The translations under genes were made by a program, and so were the position numbers. 64,000 nucleotides of DNA, from positions 62,486,507 through 62,550,506 of the forward strand of contig JARFYF010000084.1 of the NCBI GenBank assembly GCA_030265395.1, in the 5' to 3' direction. Below the pieces are notes generated by a model. That model was not told where the DNA came from and searched no databases. It worked only from the letters and a program-made list of their open reading frames with translations. This document shows, one piece after another, positions 37,901 to 50,933 of this stretch. This DNA is from Rhina ancylostomus. Its lineage: Eukaryota. Each line of letters starts with the position of its first letter. The stretch's first letter is position 1.

Positions 37901-39214
37901 AGTTTAACATTTGTTCTCTCAGGTGGACATAAGTATAAATATTGATATGGATTACTTAAAAACCTACCCAGGAAAAGCAGCTGAGTCATCATTACATTTT
38001 TGTTGTCAAACAATATTGCTGTCTCAGTTTCACTGAAGTAACTACTTCAAAAATAATAATGATAAGATTTTAAAAAGGTGTTAAAAGTAACTTTTTCATT
38101 CTGTTGAACAGCAGAGAACACATATCAAATCTATTTGTTCTCTCCTCGTATGGCAAATCTGCCATTCCTGAATCCAGGCTAGTAAAGCTTTGCTGTATTT
38201 CTATGGCAAATACATCCTTCTCTCAGGCAAGAGGACCAAAACCATGGAGAATACTCGAGGTGCAGTTTCACTTAAGTCCATATGTAATTGTGGTAAGATG
38301 TCTTTACTTCTGTATTCAGTCAGAATGTTTCACTTAGTTTTTTTTTAAAGCATAATTTAGGATGTCAGTATAAAACTGGCATCAAGAAATCCAATAGGAA
38401 ACTGAAATTCTTTTGCCCAGTTTTGGTGAGGTGGACTTGGGCAAATAGTGTTGGTGCCTTTAAGGGGAGGATGGACAAGACATTAGTTGGAAGGGATTAG
38501 AAGTTTACATTGATCAATATTGATGAGGAAGCTTGAGTGGGCTGTGGCACCACAAAGTATGTGTTGGGCTAAATGGGTGAATTCTGTGCCAGTTAAGCTA
38601 AGTATATAGAATCTTAAAGGGCAAGTGAATTTTAGAAAAAATGGAGAAGACTGGAGTTTAGGATGTAAAAGCTAATGATGATGGTGCAGCAATCCCAGAG
38701 GGTTATTGGACAGAAGGAATTGGCTAAGAACAAGTCTATGGTGGGAAATGAAAAATGGAGTGATTATTTTAAATTCAAAATTACTGTTGGTAGGATCAAA
38801 TTTATGTCAGTGATGGAGAGGGTGAATGGCGCTTGATATGAGGTAGTATATGGGCAAGGATGTAAATTCATTTATCCATACTGATATTATGAATTGTGAA
38901 ACATGAAGCAGATCAGTGATTTGTTCACCGGGAGTAGGTGATGTGGAATGGAGGATGGAGAGATTCACTGCTGAGAGTGAGAGTTGTTAATGGTGGTTAG
39001 GAATGGAGTAATAAAACTTAATCAGGTCTGTTAAGCAGTGCCAATTGAGGAACTTGCTGGACTTTTTGGTCTGTTTGGAAGAGACTCTCGTGTCTTGGAG
39101 GCTGCAGCGGAGGGTGGTGTGGAAAGCTAAGAGTAATGTTGAATATAGAAAGAGAAAAGAACAAAGTGGCCAAAAAAGTTGGTGATTTAGGAGATAATGG
39201 CAGGATCTGTCCTG

Positions 39215-39776
39215 GCCCTAACACGTTGATGCAGTCATGAAGAGGGCACTCCAGTGGCTCTACTTCATTTGGAGTTTGAGGAGATTTGGTATGTCACCAA
39301 AGACCTTTGCAAATTTCTATAGATGTACAGTGGAGAGCATTTTGACTGGTTACATCACAGCCTGGTATAGAGGTTTCAATGCACAGAATCACAAGAGGCC
39401 CCAGAGGGTCGTAGACTCAGCCAGCTCTATCATTGGCACAACCCTCCCCACCATCAAGAATATCTTCAAGAGGCAGTGCCTCAAGAAGGTAGCATCCATC
39501 ATTAAGGACTCTCACCATCCAGGACATGCTCTCTTCTTGTTACTACCATCAGGGGGGAGATACAGGAGCTTGAAGATTCGCACTCAATGATTCAGGAGCA
39601 GCTTCTTCCCCTCCATCAGATTTCCGAATGGTCCATGAATACTACCTCATTATTCCTTTTATTTTGCACTTTTTTATTTATTTCATAATTTATAGTTTTT
39701 TTTATGTCTTTACACTGTACTGCTGCTGTGAAACAAACTTTATGTAACATAAGACAGTATTAATAATTCTGATTCT
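39215..39776 (+). mobile_element. Rex1/Babar LINE 3' end (DUF1891-like region and tail)
   Basis: ORF 39237-39590: LYFIWSLRRFGMSPKTFANFYRCTVESILTGYITAWY...IIKDSHHPGHALFLLLPSGGRYRS. Tail ends in TCTGATTCTG. Confidence 0.85.
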
Positions 39777-42700
39777 GGAACCAATTGCAAATAGATAAGC
39801 AGAGCAAGGAAGATTAAGATTGTGATTGATAAAGGCTACCTTAAATCCCTTGCCTTAGTGGAACTGCTATATATCCAAGCAGATATTCCTGCACAGCATT
39901 TTTGCCCTTTTGCCAGTTAGGGATTGTGAGAATGCGAAGATTAATGTACAATCTCTACTTGTGTGATTATGAAATTTGTCTTCAGTGACCTCAATTACAT
40001 CCAGTGGTAATTCTCTAAATGAATGTCCATGTTTGGAACATTGAAGATTCCATGAAATTTAATGTACCTTTTACTCTGGAGTATTTTTTAAAAAAAGTAA
40101 TGATATTTAGATAAAGAGCTGCTTAAGCATGTTTATTCATCTTTTAGTTTATATTTTACAACTATGTTTTGCAATATCACCTTATTTGATACAATTGACT
40201 GTCTGTACCACCAACATGCTCTTGTCTGTTCTGCAGCCAGGTTTCATTCGGTTCTTAATTACTTATTATCCGGTCACAAAAGATTTAGTTATTAAAATAT
40301 AATGACTATAAAACAGAAGTGACAGAATTGAAATTTTGACTTTCCAGTGGAATGTTGTGTGTAACAAAAAAAAAAGTGAGGTTCATTGAAATCTAGCCAT
40401 AAAAGATTGGAATTAAAAAAAAAACTTTTGATTTTGGTTGTATAGATCACTAATTAATTCTTATTGAGTTTGAGTGCTTAGCTGAAGTTTGGGTACGTTG
40501 GCTCAGGAAGTAACATTCCCCTTGGAGTGGGGTTACCATTTCTGTCAAAGTGATACCACTGCTTAAATGGATAATTCATAGATGTGTTGCATATGTCAGT
40601 GGTTTAGAAAATTGAAGGATAGTCTCAATATGATTGACATTTGATATGGTAGCTCCAGAGATGGCACTTCTTCTCCTGAGGGAATACAGGACAAGGCACA
40701 AAGTTAGAGTTCAGCTGAGACTGAAAGATATTTTTTGTTTGGTAAGAACATCAGGATACTGAAGATGGTAAATAAGAGTGGAGGTGCAGATTGAATAAAA
40801 TTGTGGCAGAGGTGCAAGAGGATGAGTGGCCTAGTCTTTTATGTTTCCTTAGTGATTGATGTGATAAATGTTTTTTGAAATTGGTGATTTCAAATACAAC
40901 TTTAAAATTCAGCATCTTTAAGTTGATCAGATTACTATTTTTTCCCAACTTCCACTGCCGCTGCAAAGGTATTCATTGCAGAGGCCTTCATATCTGCTAA
41001 CTACCCACATGATTAACTTCTGGAAGGTTAATGCTTTTGAAACTTCAATTCACTTGAACAATAAGTTTTTTTTGTTTCTGAATTCTTATCTGAATTATTT
41101 CATCTTGGGAAAATTTATGGGGCAATTCAGCCTTCAATTTGTGCCCTCATCATTGAGTAAGGTTCCCAGGCATTAGGACTGAGATTCTTGCACTGATATG
41201 CTGTGTCATAAACTTGATTTAGCATGGGCTAGACATAAATTAAAATTACCCTTGCATGCCTCAAATTTGTGCTTTAAGGCAGTCTTAAACAGGATCTCTT
41301 TCAATATGAAAGCTATAATTTCTGTTTTGTTAACCAGCTTTGTTTTTGATAGGTTTTAAAAGTGACCACTTAATTATGGGCAGTATTGAGCTGTAGATTT
41401 GTAGTCTCATTAACTACCATTGTAACAACTCCAGTTTACTTGTTAAGGTGCTGCATTCCATCCTAAAGATACTCTCAATGTTACCAGTTCAGGGGAATGT
41501 GTTCATGGGCCATAGAAGTTAACAAATGGTATGGCCAGATTGTTAAGTTTTAATCATGTATGTGGCACATGTTTAAATGTGGGTAATCTTGAAACTTTGG
41601 CCATATTGAGATATCCAGAGTAGTTATTCTTAACTTTCTGGACCTACATGTTCTATCTAGCTAGGTTTAACCACAGTAACCCTGTGACACTGTATTTATC
41701 AAACTGGTGTAAGATTCTTTTTAATTTGCACAGGTGTGTCACACTGAGGATGTCACTATGTAGACTGAAATCAATGTTTTTAAGAAAAGCCAGGAAAAAA
41801 AAACTGGCCACTTGCTGTTGAAAATCTGGATTTGAAAGCAGTTTCCAAAGAGCAGCTCCTTTGCTAAGCAATAATTGAACTCTTACCTAAAATTTTTTTA
41901 AAAATGCACCATGTTGGCATCTTGATAATAAGATGTTATATGGCTGATTGCAGATTCTAATGGTTCCTTGCAAAGCAATCTGCAGTGTGTCATGTAATCT
42001 TTTCAGCAAAAAACTATGGGCGATCTGCTAGTGCTCATAATCTTTGGCCTTTCCCAAGGGAAAGGATCCAATTTTGGTTTGGACTCCTTTTGCCTTTCAG
42101 GAGCTCAGTTAGCACTTCTACATGCCAATAGTGAAGTGAAACTGTTCAAACAGTGATGTCTTTGCTTTAAAATTGTGCTAGGAAAGCTCTTCCCACATTC
42201 AAAATGCAAATACTATTATGGTTAGTTGTGGTTAGAAATGTGTGTGCTTTGACAAACCATTAGACACTGCTTTTTGGTTCCATATAAAGCATGTCCTAGC
42301 TGTACTTCAAGAATCATTCCTTTCTTATAAATCTTTTCTATTTTTTTAAAAAGAAAACTGTCATGGGGAGGATTATTTAAATATATTATCCAGTAGCATC
42401 AATCATATAAACTTCTAATTATTACCTGTTCTGTGTTTTTTGTGATGTTTATGTATATATCTTGCCCCTGTGTTTGGCCTTCTCATATTTGCATTGCTTT
42501 ACTGCCTTTCTCTCTGTTTCTAATATTTCCACTGGTGGGCGTTGGTAGATGGAGTGATAGTGAGCATTCAGATTGCATTTTCCACTAGTGGGTATGATGC
42601 AGTTTTCACACTGTGACTAAACACTCCCTTCCTTCAATAGTCTTCCTTTCACCATTGTTTATTTTCCCNNNCCCTCTTTGATGTCCCTTCACTCCCATGT

Positions 42701-44150
42701 CTTCCCTTTTGTGCTTCTTCCTCACACTGCAAAATCTACTCTCCTGCCTCAACTGGAACCTACAGTCCTTATCCTCTGCTTTCTTCCTATCTCTTTCTGT
42801 CATACTTGCCTTTACCCCCCCCATCCTGTGTCTATCAGTACAAGTATGGGTTTCCAGCAGGTAGAAGATGTTTTTATTTTACCACTGTAATTTGTTTATA
42901 AACTGCCAAGAAGAAAACACATTGTCAGCTAAACTTTTAGTCCTGGGAAAGAGGCAGAGTAGCAGATTGTGAAAGTGAACCAGGATATAGATGGATCAGA
43001 ATTATTCAAGGGTAGTGAATGAACATTGGTAGTGGGCTGAAGGGTCATCGTATCCCAAGACCAGGAGGCATGGATATAGGACTGCCTGAACTCAAGCTAA
43101 CATTGAAATACGACAGGGCAAGCAGCTTAAGCCAGAAAGAAAAATGGATGTCTGCAGCATGGCAACCAAAACTTTGGAAGGACAGACTAGCCAAGATAAA
43201 AGAGTAAGATTTCACTTGCAGCATATTCAGCAAATTTAAATCAAACAATTTCAGCAACACCAAGGCCAGATCTTACTGACTCAGGGCTACTGTCTCCCAT
43301 TTGCTTTTCACAGATACCATTCCCGTAGCTCCTGAACTTAACCTGGTCTGAATACTGAGAGTTCTCCTTACTGGCCTTTACGGTAGCAGGAGTACCAATG
43401 GTGTACTGAAGAAGCCCTGCCTGCAAAACACCCCTGGAACTTTGAAAGCCAGTCCCAGTTTTGCTGACTTGTCAAAGATAGAAAACTTGAAAAAATTTAA
43501 AACAATAAAACATTTATTTAAAAGTAACATTAACTAAAAGCTCTTAAAACTTGCATAAGTAATTATTTTGGCTTTGTTTAATTTCTTTTAAAAAAAATAC
43601 ATCATCCCCCATGCTTTCCTCTCTGTAGCCATAAAATTCCCACTGTCATGAGAATTCTGAATTCAGGTCTGGTAGGGTTCAGGAGCCAAATTTTCCCCAA
43701 AGTAAATGCTGAGGAATCTCAGCAAGAGTCAGATTTGCTGTTTGATTCCACAGGGAATCTAGCAGCAGAGTGTCTTTGCAGATATGGCACCCACTACTAC
43801 AGGGTAAGTTGAGGACGACTGTCCCATTCTTGCTGGCAGTTAGGGAGGCAAATGTCAGAGTTCTTTGGAACTTACTAGCAAAATGCATGCTGACATTCTA
43901 GCAGTTTACTGTAGCAATATAATACGTACAACTGAAACTTTATCCCACACAGTGCATCGTAGACAAGAGTGGGTGAGATATGCCTGAAATCCCAGTGCAC
44001 CAAAAAAAATAGACTGGCATTGGAAGCTTGGAGAGTGTAAGTAGGGATCATTTTGCTGGATGAGATCATTAACAAAGGATGGGGCCAGTCATTTATTTTG
44101 AGGTAAACAAAGATTTGTTTTGCCTATTTTTCATTGTACGAATGTTAATT

Positions 44151-47110
44151 AGAGCATAGAACAGTACAGCACAGGAACAGGCCCTTTGGCCCACGAAGTT
44201 ATGCCAAACTAATTAAACTAGTAATTAAATGCCTAACTAAACTTGTCCCTTCTGCCTACACAGTGTCCACATCCCTCCATTCTCTGCACGTTCATCTGCC
44301 TATCTAAAAGCCCCTCTATCATAATCGACTCCACCACCACCCCAAGGCAGTGCATGTCCAGGCCCCTACCACTCTGCTTCTTAAAAAAAACAAAAATGGT
44401 GACACGCCTCTCCGTTGAACCTCCCCCCCCCCCCCCCACCTTAAATGCATGCCCTCTAGTATTAGACATTTCGACCCTGGGAAAAAGATATTGACTATCG
44501 AATCTATGCCTTTTTCATAATCTTTTAAACTTCTGTTAGATCTCCCCTCGGCCTCTGCCACTCCAGGGAAAATAACCCAAGTTTATTCAACCTCTCCTTA
44601 TCACACATGCTCTCTAATCCAGGAAGCATCCTGGTGAACTTCTCCAAAGCCTCTACATCCTTGCTATGATGGGGCAGCCAGATGTGAATGCAATCCTCCA
44701 GATGCAACCTAACCAGAGTTTTATAAAGCTTTAACATGATTTCCTGACTCTTCAACTCACTGCCTCAACTAATAAAGGCATGCATGCTATATGCCGCCTT
44801 TACCAACCTATCACCTGTGTAGCCACTTTCAGGAAGCTATGGACTTGTGCCCCAAGTTCCTTCTGTTAAAACTGTTAAGAGTCTTGTCATTAACAGTGTA
44901 CTGCCCCTTTACATTTGATTTCCCAAAGTGCAACAGCTCACATTTGACTAGATTAAATTCCATCTGCCATTTCTTTGCCTATATCTGCAACTGCTCTGTA
45001 TCCTTTGACAATCTTCTACACAACACCACCAATCTTTGTATCATCTGTGAATTTGTTAATCCACCCATCTACGTTTTCATCCCAGTACGAATCCCTGAGG
45101 AACACCACTAGTCACAGACCTCCAACCAGATTAAGTCCCATCGACCACTACCCTCTGTCTTCTATGGATAAGCCAATTCTGAATCCAAACGGCTAAGTCA
45201 CCATGGATCCCATGCATCTTAATCTTCTGGATGAAGCTCCTATGAAGGATCTTGTCAAATGCCTTACTAAAATCCATGTAGAAAATATCCATAACTCTAC
45301 CTTCATCAATCATCTTTGTCTCTCCTTGTAAAACTCAATCAAGTTAGTATGACACAACTNNNNNNNNNNNNNNNNNNNNNNNNNNNNNNNNNNNNNNNNN
45401 NNNNNNNNNNNNNNNNNNNNNNNNNNNNNNNNNNNNNNNNNNNNNNNNNNNNNNNNNNNCCCCCCAACCCTCCCCGGATAGCTATGCTGACTGTCCCTAA
45501 TTAGGCCGTGGTTTTCCAAATGCTCATAAATCCTAACCTAAGAATCCTCTCCAATAGCTTCCCTACCACTGATGTGAAACTTACCAGTCTATAGTTTCCA
45601 GGATTATCCCTGTTTCCCTTCTTGAACAACATTAACTACTCAGTGGCTAGACAGGACATGAAAATCTTGATCAAAGACCCAGCAATCTCATCTCTTGCCT
45701 CTCCCAATAACTGTGTATATCCCATCAGACCCTGGGGACTTGTCCACCTTAATGTTCTTTAAGAGACCCAACACCACCTCTTTCTTTATCTCAGAATGTC
45801 CTGGCATATTAGCACAATCCACACTGATCTCACTATGCTACATGTCCTCCTTCTTGGTAAGTACCAACAAAGTACTCATTTAGGATCTCGCCAACATCGT
45901 CTGCTTCCAAGCATATGTTCTGTCCTTTATCCTTGATTGGTCCTACCCTCTCCCTAGTTATTCTCATGCTCTTGATGTATAGAATGCCTTGGGATTCTCT
46001 TTAATCCTACTTGCTAAGGACATCTGATGGCTCCTACTGGCTCCCCTTAATCCTTTCTTGAGTTATTTTCTAGCTTTTATCATTCTCAAAAGCTTTGTTA
46101 ATTTTAACTTCCTAAAAACGTTACATGTGTTTCCTTTTTCTTCTTGACTAAATTTGCCACCTCTCTCAACATCTAAGGTTCCCTGACCTTGCCATCCTTA
46201 TCCTTCCTTCTTTACTGGAACATACTCTGTCCTGTACTCTGCAGTTGGTCTTTAAACACCCTCCACATGTCAGATGTGGACTTGCTCAGAAACAACTGTT
46301 CCCAATTAACTCCCTCTAGTTCCTGCCTAATACTTTTGTAATTTGGAAAAAAAACACTGATGCTNNNNNNNNNNNNNNNNNNNNNNNNNNNNNNNNNNNN
46401 NNNNNNNNNNNNNNNNNNNNNNNNNNNNNNNNNNNNNNNNNNNNNNNNNNNNNNNNNNNNNNNNNNNNNNNNNNNNNNNNNNNNNNNNNNNNNNNNNNNN
46501 NNNNNNNNNNNNNNNNNNNNNNNNNNNNNNNNNNNNCCCCTTGCTTATGCCTCCCCTTTCTAGCTTTTCTAAAGCATCAAAACCCTGGAACATTAAGCAT
46601 CCAGTCCTGGTCCTCTCGCAACCAACTCTGTAATGGCCTCAACATCATAGTTCCATGTATTGATCCATGCTCTAAATGCATCACCCTTGCCCTTAATACT
46701 TGTAGCATTAAAATAAACACAGTTCAATATGTGCATTCCATTATGTTTACTACTTCGTTCCTGCCAGTCCATCCTTACAGACTTACTGGTGATGACATCT
46801 ACCTACCTCTCAGTCTCTCCACTTTCTGACCCATCTGGTTCCCATCCCCCTTGCCAAACTAGTTTAAACCATCACAAGTAGCACCAGTGAACCTCCTGGC
46901 CAAGATGTTGGTTCTCCTCCAGTTAAGGTGCAATATGTCCCTCTTGTCCAGGTCACCCTGCCCCAGAAGAAGTTCCAATGATCCAAGGACCTGAAACTCT
47001 GCCCCCTGCACCAGCTCCTCAGCCACTCATTCATCTGTTCTATCTTTCTATTCCTGCCCTGACTAGTACGTGACACTGGGAGTAATCCAGAAATTACTAC
47101 CTTCTGAGGT
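44151..47110 (-). mobile_element. Long CR1 LINE (ORF1 esterase end, endonuclease, RT, tail), antisense in AHR intron 1
   Basis: KVVISGLLPVSR..RNRKIEQMNEWLRSWCRG (ORF1); YMDFSKAFDKI..GIHGDLAVWIQNWL; LYKTLVRLHLEDC..FTRMLPGLE; TRGHAFKV; tail at ~44151-44230. Confidence 0.9.
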
Positions 47111-47129
47111 TGAAGTGACATGTTTCAGT

Positions 47130-47605
47130 AACTTCTTTTGAAGTACAGAATGCCATATATGATTCTGGCTACCTCCATTGTAGGAAGAGTGTAAAGATAT
47201 TAGAAGAAGTACAGAAAAGATTTGAGAATGCAGACTCTCATCCTGGGAAACAGTTACAAAAGACTCTGGGAGGGTTTTCTTTAGAGAAGGCTGAGAGGAG
47301 ATCTAATAGAATTACAGTAAGGGGTCAGGATAGTGGGAGGCAGTTTCCATTGGTGAAGGGTCAAGGACTAGAGAACACAAGTATCAATAGAGGGAAGTGA
47401 GAGAGGAAAAAAAATTGTTTACACATTGTATGTTTGGAAACTGGAATGCACTTCCTACAAATAGGTGGAGGCAGGTTCCGCTATGGCCTTCAAGAGGTTT
47501 GGATGAATTTATGCCGAGAAAAACTTTACAAGGTTGCAGAGAAATGTCCTGGGGGTGGAACTAGCAAGTTGCTCTGGTAGAGAGCTGGCATGGACATGAT
47601 TCTAA
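47130..47605 (+). mobile_element. Old CR1 3' fragment
   Basis: FWLPPL*EECKDIRRSTEKI and LEKAERRSNR-like decayed CR1 C-terminal motifs, plus tail. Confidence 0.55.
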
Positions 47606-48044
47606 GAGGCAACCTCATTGCTTTAATACAAGTGGGTGAAGATTGCTGTTGTTAATTAAGCTGCAGACAATAACTTTCTTTAATTGTATCTATTTATGTT
47701 CTGTGTCACAATCATATTTTGCAATGGTTGAAAGTATTTGCATTACTTATTAACCAAGATGCCTGTGTGTGGACACGTCAGAGAAGTGTACAACTTTCAG
47801 AATTGTGTTCTGGCAGTCAGATTTGCTTGGCACCAAACAGCTATGATAAGCAGCAGGAGGATAAAGCACTGTGTATTGGCTTCTGTGAGGGCTGGGGAGT
47901 AGGGTAATTTAGTTTGTATTCTGACTGTGTATCCAAATTGGCAGTGACTTGTTACAGAGGTGATACAGAATCCAGTTTGTTTTACATTTGTTTGGCAGTT
48001 TTCTTTTGGCACTGAAGTTAAGTTTTTTGAATCCATCTATTCCA

Positions 48045-50260
48045 CTTAGAACGCAAGAACAAGAAATAAATGCAGGAGCTGGCCATTTGACTCAAAGCTG
48101 CTCTGTCATTCAGTGTGGTCATGGCTGTCTTTTACCTCTGTACCACTTTGCTGGAAAAAGCCTTGTATCCCGCTGTTCTGTTAATATCCAGAAATCTGCT
48201 GATCTCTGGCTTGAATATACTGAGTGACTGAGTCTCCACAGCCCTCTTGTGTATGGACTTGTAAAGATTCACTGCCCTCTAGGTGACAATTTCTCTTCAT
48301 CTCAGTTCTGAATGGACAAAATATTAATTTGAGTATTGGTTTCACACACAGCTAAGGGAAACATCATCAAAGCATTTACTCTTTTTTAAAAAATTGCACA
48401 TATCAGTGACATCATCTCTTTTTTGGTTGAAGCTCTAGAGNNNNNNNNNNNNNNNNNNNNNNNNNNNNNNNNNNNNNNNNNNNNNNNNNNNNNNNNNNNN
48501 NNNNNNNNNNNNNNNNNNNNNNNNNNNNNNNNNNNNNNNNTGAAGCTCTAGAGAACATAGGCTCATTCTGCTTAATATCTGCTTGTAGGACAACTCCCCC
48601 ATCCCTCCTCCCCTACAATTCCAGGAACAAATCTGGTGACCCTTTGTTGCAGTTGCTCTACATTCCCCCTATAACTGCAGACCATATACCAGTTACTTTC
48701 TCACCAAAGTTACATATAACTTCAGCAGGATACCTCCACTTTAATACTTAAATTATTTTCCATTAAAGGCTGAAGTACCATTTGCTTTCCTAACTTGAAC
48801 ATCTCCTTTCAGTGATTTGTATAGAGGGGCACCAGGTCCCTTTTGAACACTGATACTTTTCAGTCTTTGATACTTTTCAGTCTTTGACCATTTTTTAAAA
48901 AAGTTATGTTTTTCTGTTTTTTACTGAAGTGAACAACTTCACATTTTTTTTTTCATGTTATGTTCCATTACATATGTTGGTTTGCTGAACCTGTCTACAT
49001 GCTCCTCTGATTCATTCTCATAATCCACATGACCATCCAGCTTTGTATCTTCAGGCAACTTAAATATGTAACGTTAGGTTCTCTCATTTAGATCATTGAA
49101 ATAAGTTGAACAGTAGGAGATTCAGGACCAATCTCTGCAACATCTCACAAATCACAGCTTCCCAATTTGAAAATGACCTGTTAATTCTTTATCTGTCTGT
49201 TAACCAACGTCCATTTCTTGTTAATATTGCCTCCAATTTGATGCACCCAAATTTTGTTTAATAATCTCTTGTGTGGCATCTTGCCAAAGGTCTTCAGAAA
49301 GTTTAAATATGCCACTCCTTTTCTAACAGGTTTGTCAAATCTGATTGATTTCCCTTTCAGAAATCCATGTTCAATCCAATTGTTATAAGTGCCCCGTGTC
49401 TTTGATAATAGATTTTAGCGTTTTTCCCTGTTATTAATTTGTATGTAGTCCTCATTCTTTTTGTGTGTCTCTCTCTTGCTGCTTTCTTGAAGGATACATT
49501 TTGTTATTTTCTAATCTGTGGGGAATCAGTTTAGATTTTGTGAGATTTGGAAGATGATGTGTATGCACTATCTGTAGTCACTACCTTTCAATATCTTGGG
49601 ATGCAGTTCATCTGGTACTCGGGACTTGTTTCCTTTCAGTCCCTTCTTAAAATTTTTTTTTCCAATAGTTTAACTAATGCTAATATCTTTCAGCACCTCA
49701 AATCATTCTTGACCTATTGCTCTCCATTATTTTCTAGAGTTTTTGGGGTTGGCTTCCATGAAGGCAGATACAAAATATTTTTAATTTCCTTTATTCCCCA
49801 ATATAACTTTTCCATTCTCAGTCTATAAGGGACTCGGATTAATCTGTAATAGCCTTTTTCTCTTTACATATAAATAGATTGTAAAAGATTTTGCAGGTAA
49901 GTTTCTCGACAAATTACTCTAGCATTTTATTATCCCCTTCCTTATCTATTTCTTGGTTGTCCTCTGCCGAATTCTTAAGCTTTCCCAGTTCTGAGACTGC
50001 CATTTTTGACAACATTCCAATTCTTCTCCTTTTGATTTGATATGATCTTTAACTTGTTAGCCACCCTGGAATACCTTTTCCTTTTGGGTTTTTGTGCCTT
50101 TTTAAAATATAGTAATTCTTTAAATGTTAGCAATTATTTGTTTATTATCATACCTTTTGAATGTAATTTCCCAATCTTCCATACCTAGCTCGTGCCTCAT
50201 ACTTTCATCTTTTGCTTTGTTAGATTTAAGATCTGGTTTTGGATTGAACTAAATCACTTT
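48045..50260 (-). mobile_element. Older CR1 remnant ending ~0.5 kb before exon 2
   Basis: Reverse-complement DFLKTFGKMPHKRLLNKI-like RT segment (~49245-49305) and a CR1 tail near 48045. Confidence 0.6.
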
Positions 50261-50745
50261 CATTTCTTAAAATAACACTTCTTGCTCTTAAATAGGGTGT
50301 GTGAGGAAAATAGTTAACCCAAAACTACCACAATGTAATTTTGAAGAAAAACTTCACCCATATTCCTTAGCCTTAAATTCCATTNNNNNNNNNNNNNTTT
50401 GTAAATAACTGAAGTATATATAACAACAATTGGTGAGGAAATAAGAACTGGGTTCCTAAATGTAAACTGGGTTCACATCGATGAAGCACACTTTAATTGC
50501 TGTAAAATATCTCTCTTCATTTGCAACATTAACTGTATGTTAAATGAAGTGTGTGTATGATTATATATCAGTGCTCTCATGAGTGAATTGTGGCTGGGTT
50601 TTGTCCACTTTGCCCATGCAAGTACTTCATGTACTATTAAATTTCAAATTTGACACAGTTGGAAATAGCATTGTGATGCTTTGAAGTTCATGAATGGAGA
50701 GTAAGAATTCATGTTAATGCAACAGTATTTTCTTTCTAATTTAAG

Positions 50746-50933
50746 TGTAAAATCCCTGGCACCTGAAGGAGCAAAGTCAAATCCATCCAAAAGACATCGG
50801 GACCGATTGAATGCAGAGCTCGAGCGTCTAGCCAACCTTCTGCCTTTCCCACAGGATGTTGTATCCAAATTGGACAAGCTCTCTGTTCTCCGGCTCAGTG
50901 TCAGTTATCTCAGAGCTAAAAGTTTCTTTAATG
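50746..50933 (+). CDS. AHR: Aryl hydrocarbon receptor, coding exon 2 (bHLH: [63 protein letters not shown])
   Basis: Lies within ORF 50711..50947. Acceptor ttctttctaatttaag| ends at 50745 and donor G|GTAAG starts at 50934. The 188 nt exon joins exon 1 in frame (AG+T = Ser). [12 protein letters not shown]...[20 protein letters not shown] is the AHR-family bHLH signature. Confidence 0.96.

Larger units (their letters stand above)
33262..50745 (+). other. AHR: AHR intron 1 (~17.5 kb as assembled, GT-AG)
   Basis: GT donor and AG acceptor are phase-compatible between the two exons. The length is uncertain because of internal N gaps. Confidence 0.9.

Noticed and set aside
41940-41993. Short hairpin (ATTGCAGATT...AATCTGCAGT) as an intronic miRNA
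   Set aside because: The stem is too short and interrupted with a ~20-nt loop, and there is no recognisable family match.
48851-48888. Short tandem duplications (also ~30471-30500 and ~60716-60748)
   Set aside because: Two-copy slippage duplications with no spacer structure; not CRISPR-like or otherwise functional-looking.
50711-50745. Upstream ATG of ORF 50711..50947 as a single-exon gene start
   Set aside because: [11 protein letters not shown] is the intronic pyrimidine tract. Homology starts at the AG at 50745 and is completed in frame by exon 1.
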